Shown: one piece after another, positions 52,213 through 64,000 of the stretch
How the letters are laid out: every line of letters begins with the position of its first letter
Numbering within the stretch: position 1 is the stretch's first letter
Source: Felis catus
Lineage: Eukaryota
Direction: 5' to 3'
NCBI RefSeq assembly: GCF_018350175.1
Contig: NC_058368.1
Coordinates: 202,432,001-202,496,000 of the forward strand
Length of the DNA: 64,000 bases
Notes under the pieces: model-generated
Told to the model about the DNA's origin: nothing
The model's database searches: none
What the model saw: the letters and a program-made list of their open reading frames with translations, nothing else
Translations under genes and position numbers: made by a program

Positions 52213-52430
52213 GGTGGGCACCTGGGTGGCTTAGTCAGTTAACCATCCAACTTCAGCTGAGGTCATGGTCTCACAGCAGTGAGTTTGAGCCCCTAGACAG
52301 ACTCTGTGCTGACAGCTCAGAGCCTGGAGCCTGCTTTGAATTCTGTGTCTCCGTCTTTCTCTGCCCCTTCTCTGCTCATGCTCTGTTTTTCTCTCTCTCA
52401 AAATAAATAAACATTTAAAAAATTAAAAAA
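52213..52430 (+). mobile_element. Can-SINE (felid)
   Basis: Perfect 21-bp TSD AGAAATGTACATATACCTTTT at 52191-52211 and 52431-52451. Confidence 0.95.
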
Positions 52431-52778
52431 AGAAATGTACATATACCTTTTCTTGCCCCTTTGTAGAAAAACAAATGATGAACCCCTCTAGAGTTAAAAA
52501 ATACAAGATTTCATGTCTGTAATTACAGTGGATTTGAGAATAGCAAATCTTTCTAAGCTTTGAACTTTTCTCAACAAAGTGTGAAATTTTTCAAACATTC
52601 AGAAATATTGAAAGTTTTACAGTGAGCACATATATTTCCTACCTCAATTTTAATTTAACATTTGCTAAATTGCTGTGTAATATATGTTTCCTTCTATTCT
52701 CATATCAATTTTGTTCTTTGACACATTTCAAAGAAAGCTGCAGACCACAAGAAACATTTTGCACAGAATTGCTTTCTT

Positions 52779-53165
52779 TTTTTTTTAATTTTTTAAATTT
52801 TTTTCTTTTTTTTAAATATATGAATTTTATTGTCAAATTGGTTTCCATACAACACCCAGTGCTCATCCCAAAAGATGCCCTCTTCAATACCCATCACCCA
52901 CCCCCCATCAGCCCTCAGTTTGTTCTCAGTTTTTAAGAGTCTCTTATGCTTTGGCTCTCTTCCACTCTAACCTCTCTCTTTTTTTTTTTTTTTTCTTCCC
53001 CTCCATCATGGATTCCTGTTAAGTTTCTCAGGATCCACATAAGAGTGAAAACATATGGAGTACTATGTGGCAATGAGAAAGAATGAAATATGGCCCTTTG
53101 TAGCAACGTGGACGGAACTGGAGAGGGTTATGCTAAGTGAGATAAGCCATACAGAGAAAGACAGA
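52779..53165 (-). mobile_element. Felid L1 (L1_Fc-like), 5'-truncated with a 5' inversion
   Basis: PolyT plus reverse 3'UTR (tttattgtcaaattggtttccatacaacacccagtgctcatcc...aaaacatatgg), then a forward-oriented ORF2-end piece. TSD ACAGAATTGCTTTCTT at 52763-52778 and 53161-53176. Confidence 0.93.
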
Positions 53166-53830
53166 ATTGCTTTCTTACTAATACTTCTGTTCACCAAATA
53201 TTGTCTATAAAACTTCAGAAAAAAAAACTTTTCCTACTTTTCTATAGCTTTTGTTGTATCTTTACTTGTGTAATTCTTCTCAAAGTAGGTGTTTTTTTGA
53301 GAGCCATATGAAAGAGTTTACAAGGTAGATAATAACACAAAATAGTAACGCATGTTCTCAGTAAGTGGTGCTGTGCCCCTCATTATGCAAGTTCAGACTT
53401 TTGATGGTCGGCCAGCACATGTCATAGAAAAATACTCAGTGATGTTATAAAGATCCTAACTTTTTAGTTTTTGTTGTTTGTTTCTTAAGTTCATCTCAAG
53501 GCAGTCTCTACCTTGACATTACAGAGGCAGCATTTATTTTAACAACAAAAGAACCAAGTTTGAAAACCTAGGTTCACTGGCATTTTATTGCACAATTATG
53601 CTGACAGTGTTCTAGTGTTTCTTGTAGACTGAAATGTCCAAAAGGCCGCTAATTTGTCGGTTCTTTGATCTGTGGCAATCCGTATGTTACTCATTTTTTG
53701 TATACTTTCATAGGTTCCACAAATAAAATGTGATATATTTCAATAAAGGTGTCTAAGCATTCACAAATAAGCTCAGAATATTACTAAGATTTTGCTTATG
53801 AATGGTTTACAAAATGATGGAATGATAATT

Positions 53831-54041
53831 TTTTTTTTCAACGTTTATTTATTTTTGGGACAGAGAGAGACAGAGCATGAACGGGGGAGGGGCAGAGAGA
53901 GAGGGAGACACAGAATCAGAAACAGGCTCCAGGCTCTGAGCCATCAGCCCAGAGCCTGACACGGGGCTCGAACTCACAGACCGTGAGATCGTGACCTGGC
54001 TGAAGTCGGACGCTTAACCGACTGCGCCACCCAGGCGCCCC
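53831..54041 (-). mobile_element. Can-SINE, young SINEC_Fc type
   Basis: TSD GGAATGATAATT at 53819-53830 and 54042-54053. Confidence 0.95.
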
Positions 54042-54933
54042 GGAATGATAATTCTTTTAAGAAATAGCATATTTGGGATTGTGTTATGAAAATGGCACAC
54101 AAACTCATGGTAAGTGGTAATCAGTGGACTATGATACCTTCTCTGCACTGAAGCAAAGTAAATGTATGTTTATTTCCCATTAAGTCCATTTTACCTAAAG
54201 TTAAACATTATATTCATAGATTAAAAATCCACATGATAGTTTGTATCTGTCTTGACTATATGTCCTAAGTCAGTAGTTCTTAGATCTTATAGAAAAGGAA
54301 TTTTTTTCTTCTCAAAATATATGTGTGGTATAAACAATGCTGATCTTTTATTGTGATAATAAGGGACTTTAAAAAATCTGCCATATACTATTATTACAAT
54401 TCATGTTACATGAGAAATCTAGGAAGCCACGATGGACAGTTGATGGAAAACTCTCTTGCTTCCCAGATCAGTGAAAAAAAACTCATCATGGCTGCATCTG
54501 GTCCACAGAGGAGCATTTGGAGTGATGGTTCAGTCTAAAGCAAATTATCAAGAGGATGAGAGAAGTGTCATACATTCCTTTTTCATGATGCAAACTGATC
54601 ATATGCAATCATATCCCAATTATTCTGGGAGAGAAATGACACATGTGTAACTTAGTAAGAGGAGACATTCCTGCTATTCAGATACGAAGCCTGCTAGTAA
54701 CTTGGAATGATAAATGGCTGATTTTGCAGGTTCCACATTTCAGTGTCAGTAACCAAAGAGAAACCTGTCATCTAGAGAGGAAGAACAAGATGAAATCAGA
54801 ATTATCAGAATTATAGAATCCCTTCCTGCCTGAAGGCGCATAGTCATCTTGTTTGGCATCAGCTCTTAAACATTTGACTTTGAGAAATATATTTGGAGTA
54901 GAAGTGTCAGCAAGTAAATGGACCCAGTTTGTC

Positions 54934-55080
54934 ATATATGTGTGTGTGTGTGTGTATATACACATATGTGTATATATACGTATATATACATATATAATAC
55001 ATATATACACACACACATACACACACATACATACACATACACACACATACACACACACATGTGAATGTGTATATATGTAC
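54934..55080. repeat. Compound (TG)/(TA)/(CA) microsatellite
   Basis: Direct reading. Confidence 0.9.
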
Positions 55081-55084
55081 ATTT

Positions 55085-55402
55085 ATATGAACAATACAAA
55101 GATTGAGGTGCCGACTTCCTCTGTGGTTGAAAATCTGCATATAACTTTTGGCTCCCCCAAAACTTAACTAGTAATAGCCTACAGTTGACTGGAAGCCTTA
55201 CCGGTAACATGAATAGTCCATTAACAAATATTTTGTGTGTTATATGTATTATATACTGTATTTCTGGAATAAAGTAAGCTAGAGAAAAGAGTGTCATTAA
55301 GAAAATCATAAGGAAAATACATTTACATTTTTGATACTGTATTTATCAAAAATTCACATGAGTGGACCCACACGGTTCAAATCTGTGTTGCTCAAGTATC
55401 AC

Positions 55403-55404
<2 letters not shown>
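55085..55404 (+). mobile_element. Tigger2-family (TcMar-Tigger) non-autonomous DNA transposon
   Basis: gaaaatctgcatataacttttggctcccccaaaacttaactagtaatagcct...aaagtaagctagagaaaag...gtggacccacacggttcaaatctgtgttgctcaag. Degenerate TIRs (tgaacaatac / gtgttgctca). Confidence 0.85.

Positions 55405-55445
<41 letters not shown>
55405..55445. repeat. (AC)20 microsatellite
   Basis: Direct reading. Confidence 0.97.
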
Positions 55446-55446
<1 letters not shown>

Positions 55447-55659
55447 CATATGGCTTGCTTCTCTTTCTCTGTGTATGTATGTATAAATATACATAAAATT
55501 ATAATATAATATGGTAATGCTATATCAATAATATATTGGTAATATTATAATTTATAGTATATGTTATAAATAATATAGTGTATATAATGTCTTTCCTGTG
55601 AGGTTGTTTAATAGTTCTTTCTTTTCCAAATTGGATCTTGCATCTCCTCTGATGCCTTT

Positions 55660-56150
55660 GATTAAAACCTTCCAATGACTGGTAATAAAGCTTTAATGTC
55701 TTAGTGTGACCACCAATACTCTGCATGATCTGGCCCCTGCTTTCCTCTCCAAACTCCGCTTCTATCACTCTCCCCTTTTGCAGACCGTTCACTAGCTTCA
55801 TTAGATTTATTTCTGTTCCTTGAGGCATGATCCTTGGTGAAGAATTTTTGCATTGCTTGTATTCTCTGCCTCCCCACACTTAGCTCAGATGTTATCTTCT
55901 CAGAGAGATATATCCTCAACACCTTCAGCTAAAGTTACTACTTCTCTACATTCATCTTTATGTTATGGTGAGTCTTCACTTCTTGACACTTAGAATAGTT
56001 TTGTGTATTCATTGGTTTGTTGCTCTGTGTGTCTTCACCAGGATATTGGCTGGTTGATTATAAAAACCTCTGCTTTCTATATCAGTACCATATTCCCAGT
56101 GCTTATGTAGTACTTGGCACATGGTGAACACTCAGTAGTGATTGTTGAAG
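55660..56150 (+). mobile_element. L2 3' end
   Basis: catgatctggcccctgc...cttagctcagatgttatcttctcagagag...cccagtgcttatgtagtacttggcacatggtgaacactcagt. Confidence 0.7.
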
Positions 56151-57479
56151 GGTGTTTCATGGGAACAGTCACTGCTGATTTTGGTATTTGAGTGATTTCC
56201 ACATCAGTATTCAGAACTGCTGGTCTAGATATCCATGCAATTATTTTTAACAAAGAAAGATTATTAGATGTTTATTTGCCATTGACATGAATAGTCTTTC
56301 ACAATTATCATAAAATTGATAAGCATCAGCAATGTGATATGGTCGATGTACACAAGATTGGGTTGAAATTTTGTTTCTGCTTCTGAGCTCTATAACCTTG
56401 CTGAGCCTTCATTTCTCTCTATAGTAGGGATAATGGATAACTCATGGGAATGTTGAAAGTATTGAATGAGCTGATATACCTGTAAAAAGCCCAAGACAAA
56501 GTCTGAACACAGTACTTGGCATGTAGAAGGAATTTTATGATTCATAAACACAAAACTTTTACCTATATCATTCCAAATTTTCTTCTTTTCACTGTAAATA
56601 TGCCTTATATGTAAATAAGCCCGGGCAGATAATTATACAGATAAATCAAATAGTGGCTTAATAATGTATTGAAATATTTATTTATCATGTTTAGATACTT
56701 GTAATAAAGTAATACATTTCACAAAGTACCTTGAGGTCAAGGCTTAGCTCAGTGCAATTTCAAAACTTTATTTTATTTGCATTGTATTGATGTATTTTGT
56801 GAACATATCATTGGTATGTTTTCCCATGTCCTTCTAGACTTCAAAAAAAATCTGTAATGTTGGCTTTAAAAAAAAGTTCCCCCTTCCTAGCTAAGAATGT
56901 TCACATTCTATAATTTTAGAGGGAAATATTTTCATTAAGGATCTGTGTATTTTTCCTATTTCATATCTAATCAAGAACTGAAGCATCATAAATTAAATTT
57001 GCACTGCTCCATAATACGTGTAGGTGCTAAATTCACAGAGCACAGGGGTGTGTGGTGTTAGGAAAATATGAGTTCAAGGCAAGCCTGGAGGAACTGGGCT
57101 AGTTTGCCTTATCTTTGCATTTAGTGAAGGTAAACCCTCACTAACTGTATGTGCAGATAAATGCTTATCTATTACTAATGTGTAACCCAGTACCTGAAAT
57201 AGCTGCACATTCCTTGATCAAGCATGTCTCTGCGAAGACCGAAGATAATTTTGGGGTGAGGAACCTGAGGGCAGAGGAGAGAGAGCATGTGCGTTCTCAT
57301 CATCTCGGAGCACCACACGTTCTGGCAAAAAGAGGCATCCGCTCTCCACAGCTGACTCACAGCCTCATCACCACAGTCTGATACACCATCCATGCTAATT
57401 CCAGTATGTTCTGTATCCCACTTTACCTCTGTAAACACTAGAAGCTCCAGACTGCCATTTGTTTCCCACCCTCATATGG

Positions 57480-58590
57480 CTCTTAAATCCACTATCCTGA
57501 CTTTGTCTCATGACCTTGTCCAATTACCACCCCACACACTCCACTGGGCCCTGTGGAGCTAGAGGTTTTATCAGTAAAATTCCTCTGTCTGCTACTTTTT
57601 CTTTGAATGTTCCACTTTTTTCCCCCTCAAACCGAAACCTAGTTCTCACTTGAGACACTGCATCCCCTGTAGCCCATGCACGTGGTGACTTTTCTCCTTT
57701 CCTGTGCTCATTCTCGGGTCTGCATGTGAGAGAGGTTGTATTGATCCTGTTTGTCAGTTATAGCCCATTTCCCTCCTTCTAGCCCACCACTGTTTACTTG
57801 ACTCCTCTTTCCTGCCATCTCCATATCCAATCCATCGACTCGATGTCAAAATATTTCTGGAATTTGACCATTTCTAACCAGCTCCACCTTCATAATTCTG
57901 TTGCAGGCTACCATCATCTCCCACCTGGGTGGCTGTAACACCTCCTAAGTGATTTCTTAACCTCCATCCTTGTGCCCTTTGGTCTTTTTCATATAGCTGC
58001 CAGAGCATACCTTTTGAAAACCTAAGTGAAATCCTTTCATTTCACGGCTCTAAATCATCCAGCGGCTTCCAATCCCATGAAAAGGCCCAAAAGGCCCCAC
58101 ATTGTTTGACTCTCCCAACTACCACTGTAATCGTGTCTTCTGTTGCACAGTCCTTGTTTTCTTCCCTCCGGCCATGCTGCCTCCCTCCTGTACCTTGAAC
58201 TTGGCCAAGAATGCCCTTGCCTCATGGCTTTTGCACCAGCTCTTTCCTCTATCTAGAATGTTCTTTCTTTCACCAAATATTCTCTCATCTTTCATTTCTT
58301 TTGGATCTGTATTCAAAAGTCAAGTTATGAGTGAGAGATCTTCCTCAACTACCCTTAGATAAAGCAGCAATCCTCTCCGCTGTTGTTCTCCATCCATCCT
58401 CTTTGTTTCATTTTTCTTGATAGCGCTTATCACAACTTCATGTATTACATATTTGCCCCACTCTCCCTAGAATGAAAGCTCTAAGAGAAATGAGACTTTG
58501 TTTTACTTACTATTTTGTTCTCTTCCCCTAGAACAGTTTCTAGGATTCAGTAGATTTATATTCGTTATTTGTTGCATGAGTGTTTAAATG
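57480..58590 (+). mobile_element. L2 (ORF2 remnant plus 3' end)
   Basis: caggctaccatcatctcccacctgg...aacacctcctaagtg...ccagcggcttcc...ccctagaatgaaagctc...cctagaacagtttctagg...atttgttgcatga. Confidence 0.75.
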
Positions 58591-58795
58591 ATCTCATCAC
58601 TCTTGATTTAGAATAGGATGGATTCCTCACTTCAGTTACTAGGAGATACTTCTATTTGCAAAGAAAAACTGACTTTTCTCAGTTTCAGTGAAATAATAGA
58701 GAATGGGAAGGAAATGAATGCAGGATAATCATATTATAGTAGTTAAGATTAAGGTTTTTGGGAATTTCATGGGTAAGTCAAGAAAATGGTATTAT

Positions 58796-59011
58796 GGGGT
58801 GCCTGGGTGGCTCAGTTGGTGAAGCATCCAACTCTTGATTTTGGCTCAGATCATGAGCTTAGGGTTCATGAGATTAAACCCCACATTGGGGCTTTCAATA
58901 TAGAGCCTGCTTGGGATTCTCTCCCGTTCTCTCTCTCCCCTTCCCCTGCTTGCACACATGCACGCTCGGTCTCTTTAAAATAATTTAAAAAGAAAAGAAT
59001 ATTTAAAAAAA
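58796..59011 (+). mobile_element. Can-SINE
   Basis: TSD AAGAAAATGGTATT at 58780-58793 and 59012-59025. Confidence 0.93.
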
Positions 59012-60929
59012 AAGAAAATGGTATTGTATAACATTTTTTAAAACATAGAATTTTAGATAGAGAAATGATTTGAGGGGAAACAGACACAACGAGACAAAGT
59101 GAACTTGCCCAAACTAATGGGGCTAATCAGTGGCACACAGGGTTGTGTCTCACTATTCCTCATTCAGGACTCATTCACTCCAAAATGAATATGTACTGTG
59201 TGCCTACTCAGGGCATGCTATGTCCAGGAGATAGGGCACAAGATCTCCTCTCATGACTCTTCCAGTAGCATAGGAAATAAATGTTAAAAGTGTTAAAATT
59301 AAACATATATTCTTGGGATATGTCCTCTGAAGAAGGAGGCAACACTTAGAAAGTGTTATATTTATTACAGGAGGCTAACCCAAGTTTTCTATGGATAAGC
59401 GTAACCATGAAGTTAATGGAGTTTTGAGTGTTGAGGAGAAATTAGCAAGAGGAAGAGGCAGGGAATATGTTCCTTACAAAAAGATGAGACACTTGTCCCT
59501 GGAAAGAGCAGGAAGCAGCACAGTGCTATCATCTGACTGAGGAAAGGCTAGACTCTTGCCGTGGCATTATTATTGTGATACTGACTACTTATCGAAGCCT
59601 AGTAGATATTGAGAACTATATAACCTCATACACAATTTAACTATGAATACCACTGTATTCTTTGCCCTTTCAATTTCAAGAATGGGTTTGTCTTTAGCTG
59701 AAAAGTTCAACCTGTTTGTTTGTATCCTGGGACTTACTTTCACTTTCTTATTCTTTTTTTTTTTTTTTTTCCCCAAAGAGCCCCTTCCTGACAATCTAGT
59801 TCTTTGTAGCTCATCCTTTCTCATCCAGCTAGCTTCCTATTTTTATTGCTGAGTCATCCAATCAGGCTTAATTGTCTCTCTTCTCCAGCTGGCTGTGTCC
59901 TTTTGGAGAAAAAATTCTGCTACAGGTGCATTTTTTAAAATTAGGAAAACATGAGTTAGCCTAAAAATGGACACAGCTAGATTTTAATAGTGAATTCTGA
60001 AGTTATAAAAGATGATTAGCATCTTTCACCTTTCATAATGATGGCCAGTAGACTTTGAACCATCCTATCACAGACTGACCCATAGCACTCACTGGAAAGT
60101 GTTCAAAAAAATTCCTTTCACATGATTTTTATTTGTTGCTTAATTATTTCCTTTTCAGAAATTTTAGATCAATTCAAGATTGAGTCACATTTTTTTTTAC
60201 AAAGGAAATGTTTGAAATAAGAATATGACTAAACTAAAATATTGGAAGTGTTGTAATTACTGATAAATCATTTGAATTTCCTGTCTATTATGCATGAAAA
60301 ATTAGATTTACAAATCAATTCATTGTTTAAAAGTTGAAAGAGGGATGATTAACCTACTTAAGAAAAAGGCTTCTAAATCCTACCATATGGAAGTCTTGAG
60401 ATGAATGTTAAGAAAAATATGAAGTTTAACACATATGTAAAGTTTCTAAAATACTTTTTTCTGTATTCTTGAAAATAAAAACCAGAATTAATTTAATCAT
60501 ACTCTATTGGTCTTCCATAGTTGGCCTAATTAGTGAATGACACTAAATGGCAAATGAAACAATATTTTCTGTTCAGTTTATTCAAACTGAAAAATTATAT
60601 CTGAACAATAATAAATTAATGTTCAGATATTTATATTGTTAGCCCATTTATGAAAATTCCAGTTATATTGCCCCATATGACGTATTTTGATTCTTATAGA
60701 TCAAATCAAAGATTCAGACTATTTGATACATTGTGTTTTATGGGCCCAGCATCTGTATTCATGTGACATTCAGAATGTTTCCAGATAAGTTCCTTTATCA
60801 AATATTAATTTTCTCCCTTTGTTGTATTCATATTTACCTAGCTCTACAAATAACTCTTGCTCAATTATCTCATTTTCTAAATTTGATTTATGGGGCTAAA
60901 ACTGATGGGGAAATAGTAAACTTAATTTA

Positions 60930-61077
60930 GTGGGTACAGATATTGTGCTAGCACTTCGTATGCATTATATCAAATAACCCACACAGTATCTATAAAGGTA
61001 AATATTATTTACCTGTTTTAGAAGTGAGGAAACGCAGGTTCAGAGGAACTAAGAAACCTGATCATCATTGGAAATCG
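60930..61077 (-). mobile_element. MIR fragment adjoining the SINE at 61094
   Basis: attgtgctagcacttcgtatgcattat...cctgttttagaagtgaggaaacgcaggttcagaggaactaag. Confidence 0.7.
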
Positions 61078-61093
61078 GTGGAAATGTCCTTTA

Positions 61094-61301
61094 AATTTTT
61101 TTTTAAATTTTTTTAATGTTTGTTTATTTTTGAGAGAGAGAGAGCAGGGGAGGGGGAGAGAGACACACACAGAATCCGAAGCAGGCTTCAGACTCTGAGC
61201 TGTCAGCACAGAGCCCCACGCGGGGCTCCAACCTACGTGCCCCGAGATCATGACCTGAGCCAAAGTCAGATGCTCAACAGACTGAGGCACCCAGGCACCC
61301 C
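61094..61301 (-). mobile_element. Can-SINE (felid)
   Basis: TSD GTGGAAATGT(C/T)CTTTA at 61078-61093 and 61303-61318. Confidence 0.94.
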
Positions 61302-61455
61302 AGTGGAAATGTTCTTTAGAGAAAAAATGTTTGATGATGTACATGTTGAGTTCAAAAGTCTATAATACTGCTCCACTGGAGTCTCCCAACTCTCATGCTT
61401 TATAGTGATGCAGGACACCTTTCCCTGATAGAGTACTATAGAAAAATAGAATTCA

Positions 61456-61696
61456 GGGGCGCCTGGGTGGCTCAGTCGGTTAAGCGTCCGACTTCAGCCA
61501 GGTCACGATCTCGCGGTCCGTGAGTTCGAGCCCCGCGTCGCGCTCTGGGCTGATGGCTCAGAGCCTGGAGCCTGCTTCCGATTCTGTGTCTCCCTCTCTC
61601 TCTGCCCCTCCCCCGTTCATGCTCTGTCTCTCTCTGTCTCAAAAATAAATAAAATGTTAAAAAAATTTACAAAAAAAAATATTAAAAAAAAAGAAT
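61456..61696 (+). mobile_element. Can-SINE, young SINEC_Fc type
   Basis: CpG-intact, long A-rich tail. TSD AATAGAATTCA at 61445-61455 and 61697-61707. Confidence 0.95.
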
Positions 61697-62571
61697 AATA
61701 GAATTCAATTCAGGGTGATAACATGAGGTGAAGTACAGCAAACACAAGGAATCAGGGACTTCTATTTTCAGCTTTGTCACTATCTCATTACAGGAGCTCA
61801 GAAAAGCATTTAACCTTTCGAAGCTTGACTTTTCCACTTCCGGGGGGAGAAAAGAAGTAGAACAATTATGAGATTTATCTAACAAGGGTTTTCTGAAGAT
61901 TAAATAGTGTACATTCTAAGTTCCTGGAATAAAGGTTGCTAGAAGTTAGAGCTCTTTGAATAAATCGTTATGATGAGCTCAAACCACCCTTACAGGTTGG
62001 AGAAGTTTTTCCTAGTTACAAAGGAAAGACATGTTTTAAAACCTCTCCTGAGACCTCAGTTTTCTCATGTGAATAATCAGGGATTGGACTAGGTGGTCTC
62101 CATTGTCTATTCCAACTTCAGATAACATCAAGGTGTTCCAGTTTCCCAGAATAATTCTTGGCACCCTATGCTCAATAAATAATAGATTGGATGAATGAAT
62201 GGCTTATTACACTGCCTTCATTCGCTTCACTAAATGAGATGCAGTAGCTGTGTAGGTAGAGTAACTACAAGGGTAGCCGTGAGAAAGCAATACTATGGAG
62301 GGAATGTTTGAAGGACATTAATGATTTTCTCATTCTGTGCTTACACATGAAGGTTGGGCTTCTGGAAATTTGCTAAGAGTTGCTTGGTCATCTATTGTGT
62401 GCTGCTTGGTCATCTATTGAGTTTCACCCTCTTTTTACTGTAAAACTGTGATATATATAGCAGATGATTGACCTTGGTATAATAATGAGGCAGGTATGTC
62501 TTGTTTGATTCCCTGTCTTAGTTTACTCCTTTAAAGTTCTCTGTATGTGTCTTCTACTACCAGTGAGATCT

Positions 62572-63830
62572 TTTTTAAAACTTTTTATTATGAAATAATT
62601 TTAGATTTACAGAAAAGCTGTAAAGATAGTAGGTAGAGTTCCTATATACCTTTCACCCAAATTCCCTAATGTTAGTATTTTACATAACGATGGTACATTT
62701 ATCAAAACTAAGAAGTTAGTTTTGGTATATTGTGTATGTGTATTACACTATGAACTAAACTACAGACTTTCTTAGGTATCACCAGTTTTTCCGTTCCTGT
62801 CCTCTCCATATTATTATGCCCTCCAGGATACCACATCACATTTAGCCATCATGTCTCCTTGGAGATATCTGATGCTCTTCAGTCTTTTCTTATTTTCCGT
62901 GACCTTGACACTTTGAAGGATACTGATCACCTATTTAGTAGAATTTTTTCCTGAAGTTTTCTCATGGTTATACTTGAATTATGGCTTTTTCCAAGGAAGA
63001 ATATTACTGAGGTGAAGTGCCCTTTTCATCACATCTTATCAGGGTACATGACATCAACGTGACTTGTCACTGGTGATGTTGACCTTGATTACTTGATTAA
63101 GGTGGTATTTGCCCGGTTTCTATACTGTAAAGTCACTATTTTCCCTTTCTGTATTCTATTTATGAGAAATAAGGCACTAAGTACAGCCCATACTCAAGGG
63201 GAAGGAAATTACTCTCCACCACCTGGAGGAAGCAGTATCAAAGAGTCTGTGGACATGGGTCAAAATCACTAAGTATTAAGTATTTGGGGGAGGGTACTTT
63301 AAGCTATGTGACTATCCTGCTCACCTTTAGAGCTTGGTTTACTCATACGAGTCTTCAGTGGAACTTGGCTGCAACAAATATTACAGTGGTATTTGAATAG
63401 TGCTTTTTCTATTCCATTTCTTCTGCATTTATTGAAGTTTTTCTCTGAAGAAAAATTTCCCCTTCTCTACTTATTTATTTAACCATTCATTTATATCACT
63501 GTAGACTCATGAATATTTTGTGTCTTGGGTTTTCATCCAGTACTGTTGTTTATTTTGTTGCTCAACTTATTTTGGCTGTAGTCAACTCCTTGGGGTTGGC
63601 TCCTGTGTCTTTTGGACCAAAGATACCTTTTTTTTCCCTAGCGTTACTTTTTGGCACCCCATGATGCTCCAGATTCATCTTATGTTTTCCTTATATTTGC
63701 GCTTGAATCTGCAGTTTCTTCAGGGAGCCATAGCCTGTTCTTAGTGGAGTATTGTGTAGAAATTAGGATCTGAGCACCAGGGGCTCACTGCTGCCAAGGT
63801 ATCACTGCTTTTAGGCCCTCGCAGCAGACA
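62572..63830 (-). mobile_element. Old L1 3' end (L1MC-like), antisense
   Basis: tttttattatgaaataattttagatttacagaaaagctgtaaagatagt...; ggtgatgttgaccttgattacttgattaaggtggt...ctgtaaagtcactattttccc; aggccctcgcagcagacaga. Confidence 0.85.
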
Positions 63831-64000
63831 GACAGTGGGAGGAGTTTTACTCCAGGTTAGTGTCTATATATGGAAACACTTCTTAGGAGCTTGGTTTCCA
63901 CTTTTTCTCCTTACTTTTGTTACTCCAAGACTTTCAGATAACTGATTATTAGACTTTCCACTTTTTCTTAGTAATTAAGTGTTAGCATAATTGATTTTAA

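Noticed and set aside
54768..55309. Four overlapping ORFs rich in Y/I/H/T/V/C
   Set aside because: Dinucleotide microsatellite translations.

Overview
Mammalian genomic DNA, AT-rich and almost entirely intronic. The source is a felid (cat family), judged from SINEC_Fc-type Can-SINEs and an L1_Fc-type 3' end. The only protein-coding sequence I can support is one 424-bp + strand exon (32589-33012, AG/GT flanked). It encodes S1-S4, the voltage sensor of the hyperpolarization-activated cyclic nucleotide-gated channel HCN1 (exon 2). The rest is HCN1 intron 1 (left) and intron 2 (right). These introns hold 25 tRNA-derived Can-SINEs (most with visible target-site duplications, five near-consensus and CpG-rich), several L1 fragments, old L2/MIR relics, one Tigger2-type DNA transposon and microsatellites. 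All other ORFs in the track look like noise from repeats. I found no evidence of a new multi-gene system. The items most worth a second look are: a textbook twin-primed 5'-inverted L1; a heavily decayed RTE-like reverse-transcriptase relic at about 47 kb; inverted young SINE pairs bracketing exon 2 (circRNA hypothesis, with a junction-spanning 187-aa ORF); candidate microexon and recursive splice sites in intron 1; a MEF2/NeuroD motif cluster; and a nested inverted-repeat structure at about 60.6 kb. Repeat family names come from my recollection of consensus sequences, not from a search.
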